64,000 bases of DNA from Gemmatimonadota bacterium. Lineage in GTDB: Bacteria; Gemmatimonadota; Gemmatimonadetes; JACCXV01; JAHWKZ01. The stretch lies in contig DASTFF010000026.1 in assembly GCA_035708865.1 (NCBI GenBank), forward strand, positions 46,176-110,175. Reading direction: 5' to 3'. Shown in pieces: positions 10,314-18,708 of this stretch. The position numbers were made by a program, and so were the translations under genes. The notes below the pieces were generated by a model. It was not told the DNA's origin and made no database searches. It saw only the letters and a program-made list of their open reading frames with translations. Each line of letters opens with the position of its first letter. Position 1 is the stretch's first letter.

Positions 10314-11504
10314 CTAGTCGATCCGGCGCCAGACCTCGAACACGCCGAGGCCCACCCCCAGCCTCACGAAGCTCTCGCTCGCCCCGTGCTCCTCCACGTC
10401 TCCACGGGCGCCGACCTCCAGCGCCAAGTCGAGCCGGCTGAGGCGGCCGAAGCCACGGCTGTACCCCAGCCCGAGCGACCACTCCGAGACCGCCGCGCCG
10501 TCGACCCTGAGCGGGAGCCGGCGCCACCGGTAGCCGACACGCACCGGGGCGTCGGGGCCGACCACCATGAGCAAAGGGGTTTCGGGGGCGAACTCGAGAC
10601 CGCCCCCCATATCGAGCGCGTCCCCGACATCGAGGGTCCCGCCCTCGAGATCCTCGTCGAGCGTCCCCTCCCAGCCGGACCAGCGCGCCAGGGCGCCCAT
10701 TCTGAGACGGTCCGAGAGCCGCACCGACGCTTCGAGCAGCAGCTCGTCGGGGAGCGTGACCTCGTCCTCGCCGCCTACGAGGTCGGGATCCATGGCCCGC
10801 GTGACCTCACTGTCCAGGTCGGGGCGCAGCCGGTAGGCCAGGCCGACCCGCGCGTTGCCGAGGTCTCGCGTCACTCCAAGCACCAGCCCGAGGCCACCGA
10901 AGTGGCGGGCAAGCGTGTCGGTGGTCCCGATCGGGTCGGGCACCCCTACGGACCGCACCATCTCCCGGGACCCGAGGTAGATGTCCAACGCGACGCCGAT
11001 GCTCGTCCGTTCGTCGAGACGCCTCGACAGCGACGGCGAGAGAATACTCACGCCGCCTTCCGAATCGAGCCCGGAGTCCACGGTGTCGCCCTCGAACACG
11101 AAGCGGCTCTCGATGGCGGCGTCGAAATCCAGATACTGCGTATAGCCGATGCCGACCACGTAGCCGAAGGCGGGGACGGCCGCCTGACCCATCGGGAACA
11201 GGACGTCCTCGAACTCGCCGGAGGCATCGAAGTCCTCGGCGGACGTACGTTGCCCGAGCACCGACAGGTAGAGCCCGGCGCGCTCGAAGCCGGCACTCCA
11301 GGCCGGATTGTCCAGCGAGAAGGTCTCGCCGGGAAGGCCGGCGCTCACGCCGCCCATCCCGCGGCTGCGAACGCTCTCTCCCGTCGCCGGCAGCCCCGGC
11401 AGCGGTAGGTTGAATACGCTCTCCTGGCCGAAAGCGGGCGACCCCGACAGGGCGGCCGCCAGCGCGGGCAAGGCCAGCGCCGCCGATCTCAGGCGCCGCC
11501 TCAC
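10314..11504 (-). CDS. putative outer-membrane beta-barrel protein
   Basis: Start set at GTG 11504 ([28 protein letters not shown], signal-peptide-like), overlapping the upstream stop as GTGA. Alternating amphipathic strands with G/D/S-rich turns, and an N-terminal RSRGMGGVSAGL...NPA motif seen in several barrel families. The 622-aa track ORF is a read-through. Confidence 0.6.
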   Translation of the reverse strand: MRRRLRSAALALPALAAALSGSPAFGQESVFNLPLPGLPATGESVRSRGMGGVSAGLPGETFSLDNPAWSAGFERAGLYLSVLGQRTSAEDFDASGEFEDVLFPMGQAAVPAFGYVVGIGYTQYLDFDAAIESRFVFEGDTVDSGLDSEGGVSILSPSLSRRLDERTSIGVALDIYLGSREMVRSVGVPDPIGTTDTLARHFGGLGLVLGVTRDLGNARVGLAYRLRPDLDSEVTRAMDPDLVGGEDEVTLPDELLLEASVRLSDRLRMGALARWSGWEGTLDEDLEGGTLDVGDALDMGGGLEFAPETPLLMVVGPDAPVRVGYRWRRLPLRVDGAAVSEWSLGLGYSRGFGRLSRLDLALEVGARGDVEEHGASESFVRLGVGLGVFEVWRRID

Positions 11505-12736
11505 AAGCGCTCGGGCGGCAGGACCAGCAGGCGAAGGTGCGGTCTGCGTCCGGGCAGCGCCTGGAGGCCGGCGAACCCGATCGCGCCGAACTCCACCGGC
11601 TCGTTGACCAGGATGACGTACAAGCCGCGGTTCGCCTCGGGGTTTCGCAGCCAGGCCCGGACGGCCTGGGTAAGGAAGGGACCTTCGAAGACCAGCGAGT
11701 CGATCGGAAGGCTGTCCCTCACGACCGGGGCGACGCCGTAGAGGTCCGACCCCGACGGCACCGCGAGAATGGTCTTCTCCCCCAGGAACTCGCTCGCCAC
11801 GCGACCGGCCACCAGGGCGATCGAATCGCCGGGGAGGCTCACCGCCTCCACCGGCAGCACCAGCTGGGCGCGGGCGACGACCGTGCCGACCGGCAGGGGA
11901 TCGAGGTCGGGGACGAGAACCAGCCGCCGGACTTCGGGGCCGCCGCCCACCCTCAGGTCGCCGGCCGGGACCTCGCCGCCGTCGGCCAGAAACGTGTCCT
12001 CCAGCGCCAGCACCGAGATCTCGGCGGCCGGGGCTCCCGGCGCGCTCAGCTGGACGACGAACTCGAGGCGCGGACCGTTGGAGTTCACCCCGCCGACCCC
12101 GCGTGACACGAACTCGACACCGGCCCCCGGAGTGCGCTGGAGCAGGACGAGCCCGTGGTTCCCCGCGTCGTTTTCGAGCCACTCGATCACCAGGTCGCTC
12201 GGGAGCGGGATGCTGATCGAGTCGATCGCAGCCGAATCCTGTTCACCGCCGCCCGGGATGGTGGACACGGCGAGCGGAACGGGGTCGAAGTCGCCGCCGG
12301 CGAGGGTCCACGACTCCCCGAGGTCACGCCGTTCCCACGTGGCCGCTTCCTCGGTCCAGGCGGCGGTCACGCGGTGGACGGCGAGCTCGACCGGCTCCTC
12401 GATGGCCTGGAGGCGAAGCTCGAGCGATGCCTCGATGATCTGGCTGTCCTCGGGGAAGCTGTCGGCCGCCGTCAGCGAGAACCGCATCAGCGGCCGCGCC
12501 TCGAAGCCGCCCGGACCCGGCCACTCGTGGGCCATGACGATGCGGTCCGCGTCGCCCCGATCGGCCGGGAAGATCGCGTAGTCCTCGGCCAGCTCGAACT
12601 CGGAGAGCGTCACGATCTCGAGATCGCCGCCCAGCACCCCTCCCGGCAGCAGATCGTCTCCGACCGGGCTGCCGCCGTCTCCGGAGCAGGCCGACGCCCA
12701 CACGCACGTCATCCACGCGATGACGAATCCTCTCAC
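11501..12736 (-). CDS. lipoprotein with DNRLRE-like domain
   Basis: 411 aa with a GTG start. Lipobox in [17 protein letters not shown]|[14 protein letters not shown]...[18 protein letters not shown] resembles the DNRLRE-domain signature. Confidence 0.6.
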   Translation of the reverse strand: MRGFVIAWMTCVWASACSGDGGSPVGDDLLPGGVLGGDLEIVTLSEFELAEDYAIFPADRGDADRIVMAHEWPGPGGFEARPLMRFSLTAADSFPEDSQIIEASLELRLQAIEEPVELAVHRVTAAWTEEAATWERRDLGESWTLAGGDFDPVPLAVSTIPGGGEQDSAAIDSISIPLPSDLVIEWLENDAGNHGLVLLQRTPGAGVEFVSRGVGGVNSNGPRLEFVVQLSAPGAPAAEISVLALEDTFLADGGEVPAGDLRVGGGPEVRRLVLVPDLDPLPVGTVVARAQLVLPVEAVSLPGDSIALVAGRVASEFLGEKTILAVPSGSDLYGVAPVVRDSLPIDSLVFEGPFLTQAVRAWLRNPEANRGLYVILVNEPVEFGAIGFAGLQALPGRRPHLRLLVLPPERL

Positions 12737-13017
12737 GTGCGTACGACCCCCGAGCCGAGGTCGTACTCGTCGACGATGGCCATGATGACGGCGTCCACGG
12801 GCCGGCCATCGGTGAGGCCGGTCTGGCGGGCCGAGCTTCCGGTGGCATAGAGCACGACCTCTCCCGCTCCCGCCCCGACCGCATCCACGGCCACCACGTA
12901 CCCCTTCTCAGGCACCAGCTCGACATCGAGGTCCCGGACCACGAGGAGCTTGAGCCCCTGCAGCTTCTCGTCCTTGCGGGTCGCCACGACGCTGCCGACC
13001 ACGCGTCCCATCTTCAT
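12733..13017 (-). CDS. EutN/CcmL-family bacterial microcompartment vertex (BMC-P) protein
   Basis: 94 aa from ATG 13017: [27 protein letters not shown]...[23 protein letters not shown]...[12 protein letters not shown] aligns along its full length with EutN/CcmL. ATGA overlap with the cdd stop; its own stop overlaps the next gene's start as GTGA. Confidence 0.8.
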   Translation of the reverse strand: MKMGRVVGSVVATRKDEKLQGLKLLVVRDLDVELVPEKGYVVAVDAVGAGAGEVVLYATGSSARQTGLTDGRPVDAVIMAIVDEYDLGSGVVRT

Positions 13018-13409
13018 GACCGTCCCGTCTCCATGCGGAAGGGTTTGGGCAGCAGCTCGCCGAGGGTGAACTCGTGACGCTCGCCCCCGTCGCCGACGAC
13101 GGTGATCGCCAGGCCGTCCGCCGCGAACTCGCTCAACGCCTGCCGGCAGGCTCCGCACGGGTAGGGGGTTCGACCGGAGGCCGAGACGACCAGGCGCCGG
13201 AAATCCCGGACGCCGGCCGCCACCGCGGTGTACAGGGCGACCCGCTCCGCGCAGCAGGTGACCGAGTAGGAGGCGTTTTCGACGTTACACCCCTCGAAGA
13301 TCCGTCCATCCCCGGTCTCCAGCGCGGCTCCCACGCGGTAGCCGGAATACGGGGCGTGGGCGCGCTCCCTCGCGGCGTGCGCCCGCGCCTCGAGAGGGTC
13401 GCCGCTCAC
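13014..13409 (-). CDS. cdd: cytidine deaminase
   Basis: 131 aa from GTG 13409. Zinc motifs CAERVA and PCGACRQ; [14 protein letters not shown] overlap with the upstream stop. Confidence 0.85.
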   Translation of the reverse strand: MSGDPLEARAHAARERAHAPYSGYRVGAALETGDGRIFEGCNVENASYSVTCCAERVALYTAVAAGVRDFRRLVVSASGRTPYPCGACRQALSEFAADGLAITVVGDGGERHEFTLGELLPKPFRMETGRS

Positions 13410-13861
13410 CCGAGCTCCAGATAGCGGGTCCGGAGGTCCGTGAGGACGCCGTCGAGCGCGCCGACCGCCTGTGCCGACAGCTCGTTCCGAAGCAGCTCCT
13501 GGAGCCGCGTCAGCAGATCGATGTACTGCTTGGCCTCGACCCGCAGTATCCGCCGCTCGCCGGTCTCGTCGAGAGGGATCTCCCCGAGGCACTGGCTGGC
13601 CCTCAGGACGATGTACTGGACGACGTCGAAGAAGGCGGCTTCGGCAACCTTGCGGCCGGGCTCGGGCGCGGGCGCGGCCGGCCCCGCGGGCGGCTCGGGA
13701 GCCGGGATGTCGGGAGCGGGCGTCCGGACAGCCTCCTCCGACCGGGAATCGTCCAGCGCTTCGCCCGGCTGCGGGGCCTGGGACGGCGGTTCGGGGCGCG
13801 ACTCCTTCTCCGTCGTGTAGGCCGACCGGCGCTCGCGGAATCTGCCCTCACCCTCCGACAT
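13406..13861 (-). CDS. DUF1844-like protein
   Basis: From ATG 13861 (MSEGEGRF): a P/E-rich N-terminus followed by FFDVVQYIVLRASQCLGEIPLDETGERRILRVEAKQYIDLLTRLQELLRNELS, matching my memory of the DUF1844 pattern. Confidence 0.55.
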   Translation of the reverse strand: MSEGEGRFRERRSAYTTEKESRPEPPSQAPQPGEALDDSRSEEAVRTPAPDIPAPEPPAGPAAPAPEPGRKVAEAAFFDVVQYIVLRASQCLGEIPLDETGERRILRVEAKQYIDLLTRLQELLRNELSAQAVGALDGVLTDLRTRYLELG

Positions 13862-15059
13862 GCTGATCTCCCTTCCGGTACCGGCGGGGCACCCGCGCGG
13901 TGATACCGGTGAACACGGCATAGCTCGTGAGGCCGGACTCGGCGGCGACATCGACCACGGACCGGCTGGCCGGACCCTGGCGCCCGATCAGCGTCGCCAC
14001 CTCGCCGGGCCGCAGATCCGGGAACGGCGTCGCGTCGACGATCGTCAGATCCATGCAGACCGCGCCGCGGACCGGCACCCAGCACCCGCGGATCAACGCG
14101 TGGCCGCGGTTCGAAAGCCCCAGCGGCCAGCCATCACCATACCCCACCGCCAGGAGCGCGATCCGCTCCTCCCGGCGCGCCACGTACAGCCGGTGGTAGC
14201 TCACCGACTCCCCGGCCGGAAGCCGCTTCACCGCCACCACCCGGGCATGCCAGCTCAACGCGGGAGCCAGCTCGGCCCCCACCCATCCCCCTCCGCCGTC
14301 TTCGGGATCGGCCGCGATCTCCTCCACCGAGCCGTAGACCGCGATCCCGGGCCGCACCAGCGTCCGGCTCGCTCCACGGAACCGGAGCGCCGCCGCGCTG
14401 TTGGCGACGTGAACTTGGCGGGGATGGAACCCGCGCTCGGCCAGAGCCGAGAGCACGGCGTCGAAGCGCGCGAGCTGGAGGTCGGTGTGGGTCCGCTCGG
14501 CCTCGTCGGCGCTGGAAAAGTGAGTGAACATACCCTCGACCTCTAGGCCCGGCAATTCGCGAAGCGCCTCGACGAACGCCACCGACTCGCCGTTCCACAC
14601 CCCGCACCGACCCATGCCGGTGTCGATCTCGACGTGGACGGTCGCCGTGCGGCCGGTCGCACGCGCGGCCGCTGCCAGCGCCTCCGCCTGGGGCCGCTCG
14701 CTGACCGCCGGGATGACGTCGAGCTCGAGCGCCCGCGCCGCCTCGGCGGGCTGGATCGGCATCAGCCCCATCAGGCGCGCGCGGATGCCGGCACGGCGCA
14801 GGACCGCCGCCTCGTCCAACGCGGCGATCCCCAGGCCCCACACGCCCGCCGCCTCCAGCTCCCGGGCCACGGGCACGAGCCCGTGGCCATAGGCGTCGGC
14901 CTTGACCGGGACCAGCAGACCGGTGGTCGCCGGCAGGCGCGACCGGAGCACGCCGACGTTGTCGGCGATCCGCTGGAGGTCCACGTCGACCCAGGTGCGG
15001 GACGTCTCGGGCTCGAGGCCGGGGGCGGGCATCACGGGGCGGGACGATAGGGAGCCCAT
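13848..15059 (-). CDS. alr: alanine racemase
   Basis: 403 aa: WVDVDLQRIADNV, LVPVKADAYGHG (PLP lysine), YGDGWP. The exact start is uncertain (alternative M at 15032). Confidence 0.85.
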   Translation of the reverse strand: MGSLSSRPVMPAPGLEPETSRTWVDVDLQRIADNVGVLRSRLPATTGLLVPVKADAYGHGLVPVARELEAAGVWGLGIAALDEAAVLRRAGIRARLMGLMPIQPAEAARALELDVIPAVSERPQAEALAAAARATGRTATVHVEIDTGMGRCGVWNGESVAFVEALRELPGLEVEGMFTHFSSADEAERTHTDLQLARFDAVLSALAERGFHPRQVHVANSAAALRFRGASRTLVRPGIAVYGSVEEIAADPEDGGGGWVGAELAPALSWHARVVAVKRLPAGESVSYHRLYVARREERIALLAVGYGDGWPLGLSNRGHALIRGCWVPVRGAVCMDLTIVDATPFPDLRPGEVATLIGRQGPASRSVVDVAAESGLTSYAVFTGITARVPRRYRKGDQHVGG

Positions 15060-15134
15060 GGGAGCCCAGCAAGCCGCGGCCCGCAGGGCGGCGGCGTCTG
15101 CACGTCGGCCTGGGGCCCTGCTAACTTCGGTGTC

Positions 15135-15947
15135 ATGAGCGGCACGCTATCGTTCACCCGCGACTTCGCGGGGATCCTCGACCTGCTGCGCCGGCTGCGG
15201 GGGCCCGACGGGTGTCCGTGGGACCGCGAGCAGACCCCCCGGTCCCTGGTCCCGCATCTCCTCGAGGAAGCGCACGAGGCCGCCGAGGCGATCGAGGCCG
15301 GCCGCCGGGACCGGACCGTCGACGAGCTCGGCGATCTGATGCTCCACCTCGCCTTCCAGATCGTCATCGCCGAGGAGACGCGGGCCTTCGACGAGCCGGC
15401 GGTGGCCGGCGGCCTCATCGAGAAGATGATCCGTCGCCATCCGCACGTCTTCGGCGAAGCCGAGTACGCCGGCGATGGCCATCAGGCGATGTGGGAGCGG
15501 CTCAAGCGTGAGGAGCGCCCGGACGAGGGCGGCGGCGCGGGCGTGATCGGCGACCTCCCCGACGGCCTCCCGGCGCTGGTGCGCGCCTACCGCATCCAGC
15601 AGAAGGTGGCGACCATCGGCTTCGACTGGCAGGAGCCCGGGGGCGCCGGCGCCAAGCTCGAGGAGGAGATCGCCGAGGTCTGGAGCGCGGCCGGCGACGA
15701 AGCTCCGGAGCGGCTGGAGGAGGAGTTCGGCGATCTCCTGTTCGCGGCCGTCAACTGGGGACGCCTCCTCGGCGTCCATCCGCACACCGCGCTTCAGCGC
15801 GCCAACCGCAAGTTCGAATCACGCTTCCGCCGGCTGGAGGCGCTGGCCGCCGAGCGTGGGCTCGTGCTCGAGGAGCAGGGCCTGGAGGGGCTCGACGCTC
15901 TCTGGGAAGAGGTCAAAAGCGCCGAGGTCAGGGCTCGAGACGATTGA
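15135..15947 (+). CDS. mazG: nucleoside triphosphate pyrophosphohydrolase MazG
   Basis: 270 aa with tandem MazG domains: GCPWDREQT, EEAHEAAEAIE, ELGDLMLHL, EEFGDLLFA. Confidence 0.85.
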   Translation: MSGTLSFTRDFAGILDLLRRLRGPDGCPWDREQTPRSLVPHLLEEAHEAAEAIEAGRRDRTVDELGDLMLHLAFQIVIAEETRAFDEPAVAGGLIEKMIRRHPHVFGEAEYAGDGHQAMWERLKREERPDEGGGAGVIGDLPDGLPALVRAYRIQQKVATIGFDWQEPGGAGAKLEEEIAEVWSAAGDEAPERLEEEFGDLLFAAVNWGRLLGVHPHTALQRANRKFESRFRRLEALAAERGLVLEEQGLEGLDALWEEVKSAEVRARDD

Positions 15948-17232
15948 TGAGCCGGGGGAAGGGGATCGCCTCCCGCAGGTGCGACAGCCCGCAGATCCAG
16001 GCCACCGTCCGCTCGACGCCCATCCCGAACCCCGAATGGGGCGCCGAGCCGTAGCGGCGCAGGTCGAGGTACCAGGAGTACGCCGCCTCGGGAAGTCCTT
16101 CCTCGCGGATCCGGGCCACCAGCCGCTGGTAGTCGTCCTCTCGCTGCGAGCCGCCGATGATCTCCCCATACCCCTCCGGCGCGTAGAGATCGTCGCACAG
16201 GACGACATCGGCCCGCTCGGGGTGCTCCTTCATGTAGAACGCCTTGGCCTTCTTCGGGAACGAGTGGACGAAGACCGGCTGGTCCGACGCCTGGGTGAGC
16301 AGCGTCTGGTCCTCCCCGCCGAGATCCTGCCCCCACTCGATCGACGAGCCACGTTCACGGAGGCTTTCGACCGCCTCGTCGTACGACAGCCGTGGGAAGG
16401 GCGGGCGGATCGCCTCCAGCCGGCCGAGGTCGCGCTCCAGCGCCTGCAGGTCGGCGCGGCGTTCCTCGAGAACCCTCTGCACGATGTGGACGACGAGCTC
16501 CTCCTGCAGGTCCATGTTGTCCTGCCAGTCGAACCACGCCATCTCGGGCTCGACCATCCAGAACTCGGTCAGATGGCGGCGGGTCTTGGATTTCTCGGCT
16601 CGGAAGGTGGGCCCGAAGCAATAGACGCGACCGAAGGCCATAGCGCCGGCCTCGACGTACAGCTGCCCGGTTTGCGCGAGGGAGGCCATGCCGAGGTCGA
16701 AGTACTCGGTCTCGAAGAGCGTGCCCGCCTCTTCACCGATGGCGCGGGTAAGGATCGGCGTGTCGAGGAGAAGGAACCCGGCCTCGTGCAGAAAGCCGCG
16801 GATCGCCCGGATGGCGCTGTCGCGGACCCGCAGGACGTGCCAGGGTCGGCTCGAGCGCAGCCAGAGATGGCGATGATCGAGGAGGAAGCCCGGGCCGTGC
16901 TCCTTGGGGCCGATCGGGTAGTCTTCGGCGATCTGGACCGGCCGGATCGAGGTCAGCGACAGCTCGTACCCGCCCGGAGCCCGGGCATCCTCGCGCACGG
17001 ATCCGGTGACGATCAGCGAGGACTCCTGGGTCAGCCGCTGGGAAACCTCCCAGCTCTCGGCGTCGACCTCGTTGCGGACCAGGACGCACTGGGCGATCCC
17101 GCTGCCGTCACGCACGAGCAGGAACGAGATCTTCCCGCTCGAGCGCTTGTTGTACAACCATCCCCGGAGCTCGACCGTTTCTCCCACGTGGTCGGCCAGC
17201 TCCGAGATCCGAACGTATCTTGGTCCGCTCAC
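15928..17232 (-). CDS. asnS: asparagine--tRNA ligase
   Basis: 434 aa with a GTG start. Class IIb synthetase: OB fold (LRGWLYNKRSSGKISFLLVRDGSG), FRAEKSKTRRHLTEFWMVE, KAFYMK, GGSQRE, GFGMGVER. Confidence 0.9.
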   Translation of the reverse strand: MSGPRYVRISELADHVGETVELRGWLYNKRSSGKISFLLVRDGSGIAQCVLVRNEVDAESWEVSQRLTQESSLIVTGSVREDARAPGGYELSLTSIRPVQIAEDYPIGPKEHGPGFLLDHRHLWLRSSRPWHVLRVRDSAIRAIRGFLHEAGFLLLDTPILTRAIGEEAGTLFETEYFDLGMASLAQTGQLYVEAGAMAFGRVYCFGPTFRAEKSKTRRHLTEFWMVEPEMAWFDWQDNMDLQEELVVHIVQRVLEERRADLQALERDLGRLEAIRPPFPRLSYDEAVESLRERGSSIEWGQDLGGEDQTLLTQASDQPVFVHSFPKKAKAFYMKEHPERADVVLCDDLYAPEGYGEIIGGSQREDDYQRLVARIREEGLPEAAYSWYLDLRRYGSAPHSGFGMGVERTVAWICGLSHLREAIPFPRLINRLEP

Positions 17233-17262
17233 GCGGCCCGCAAAGTAGCCCGGAGGTCCGGC

Positions 17263-18411
17263 TTGTCAAACCGCCAGCCCCGCAATCGCTTCTCTTCCTT
17301 CACGGCCCTCGCCCTGATGGCGGTGTGCCTGGTTCCGCCGGCGACCGCCCAGGAGACCGCGCCTTCCTCGCCCGTCCCCGACCCGCTGTCGTCGATCCCG
17401 GCGGTCCCCCGCGTGACCCCGCTCCCCTCGGGGTGGTCAGAATCCCTGCGCATGGGGATCTCGCGCGGCGGCTCCGCGCCGCTGGTGTGGTTCGACTCCA
17501 GGATCCTGGTGGCGAGCCTGGACCGCAACGTCCACCTGGTCAGCCTGGACGGACCGCGGATCGTATGGAAGGAGAACTACCGCGGCGGGTTCGAGGCCGC
17601 GCCGGTGGTGACCGAGGACCGGATCTACCTGTCCGAGACACGCCGGGGCGCCCGGCTCGTGGCGCTCGACCGGGACTCCTATCAGACGCTGTGGACCGCC
17701 GACGCCGGCGACCTCATGGCGCCGCCGATCCTGGCCGACGAGCGGCTCTACACGATCTCTTCCATCGGCGAGGTCAGGGCGTTCGACCGGGCGGGGGTCC
17801 TGCAGTGGTCGACCGAGCTGGGCACCCGCGTCCAGGCCGGGGCGGCGCTCCTCGACGGCGTGCTGGTGATCGCCGCTTCGAACGGCCACCTGTATGCGGT
17901 CGAGGCGAGAAGCGGCGCGGTGCGCGACTCGACCGATCCCGGCGCGGGCTTCGTATGGGGGGACCCACTCGTCCGCCCGGCCCGGGGAACGGCCATCTTC
18001 GCTACGCAGGACGGCCTGCTGGTCGAGGTGAACGCCGATCTCGAGGTGGTCCAGCAACGGTCCTTCCCTAGCCGCTTCACGGCCGGCCCCCAGGAGGTAG
18101 CAGGCGATCTCCTGCTGATCGGCCATGAGGGGACGGTCTGGCGCTACGACTGGGCCGGCGCGAGCGTCGTCTGGCACCGGGAGCTCGAGGCCACCTTGCG
18201 TTCGGCTCCGCGGGCGTCGAGCGAGGTGCTCGCCCTGGGGAGCCTCGAGGGCAACCTCTACCTGCTCGATCTGGCGACCGGCGACACGCTCTGGCAGACG
18301 CGCCTCGATGGCGCGATCACCTCACGCCCGCTGGCCCGTGAGCTCGAGTTCTTCGTCTTCACCGAGCGCGGCACCCTCTACGGCTTCCGCCCCGCCGGCG
18401 CCGCCCGGTAA
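17263..18411 (+). CDS. PQQ-like beta-propeller repeat protein (BamB-like), secreted
   Basis: A TTG at 17263, preceded by GGAGG 6 nt upstream, gives the signal peptide MSNRQPRNRFSSFTALALMAVCLVPPATAQE. Repeated propeller blades (GHLYAVEARSG, GNLYLLDLATGDTLW). The 851-aa track ORF is mostly antisense shadow of asnS. Confidence 0.65.
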   Translation: MSNRQPRNRFSSFTALALMAVCLVPPATAQETAPSSPVPDPLSSIPAVPRVTPLPSGWSESLRMGISRGGSAPLVWFDSRILVASLDRNVHLVSLDGPRIVWKENYRGGFEAAPVVTEDRIYLSETRRGARLVALDRDSYQTLWTADAGDLMAPPILADERLYTISSIGEVRAFDRAGVLQWSTELGTRVQAGAALLDGVLVIAASNGHLYAVEARSGAVRDSTDPGAGFVWGDPLVRPARGTAIFATQDGLLVEVNADLEVVQQRSFPSRFTAGPQEVAGDLLLIGHEGTVWRYDWAGASVVWHRELEATLRSAPRASSEVLALGSLEGNLYLLDLATGDTLWQTRLDGAITSRPLARELEFFVFTERGTLYGFRPAGAAR

Positions 18412-18416
18412 ACGAG

Positions 18417-18696
18417 CTTCCCGCTTCGTCGACGTCTATGAAGGACGGTCGAGGCCGGCGGGGGTTCGCGGCCGGGAGCCGTCCCCCCACGCGAAAGCAA
18501 GGGAAGACCCCGCAGGCGCCCGGTTAGAGGAAACTCCCCGCTTCGTCGGATTGATAGAGGACGGTCGAGGCCGGCGGGGGTTCGCGGCCGGGAGCCGTCC
18601 CCCGCGCGAGAGCAAGGGAAGACCTCGCAGGCGCGAAGCGCCGAGGAGGCTTCCCGCAGCGAAGCGCCGGCTCCCGGCCGCGAACCCCCGCCGGCC
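18417..18696. repeat. two tandem ~116-nt repeat units plus an inverted copy of their 28-nt core
   Basis: The core GGCCGGCGGGGGTTCGCGGCCGGGAGCC occurs at 18453-18480 and 18569-18596. Its exact reverse complement occurs at 18669-18696. The flanks of the two direct copies are also similar. The element lies between two convergent genes. Confidence 0.85.
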
Positions 18697-18708
18697 CCCG
18701 GCACCGAC

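Noticed and set aside
18417-18696. CRISPR array.
   Set aside because: There are only two direct copies of a ~116-nt unit with no unique spacers of regular length, plus an inverted partial copy. No cas genes are nearby.
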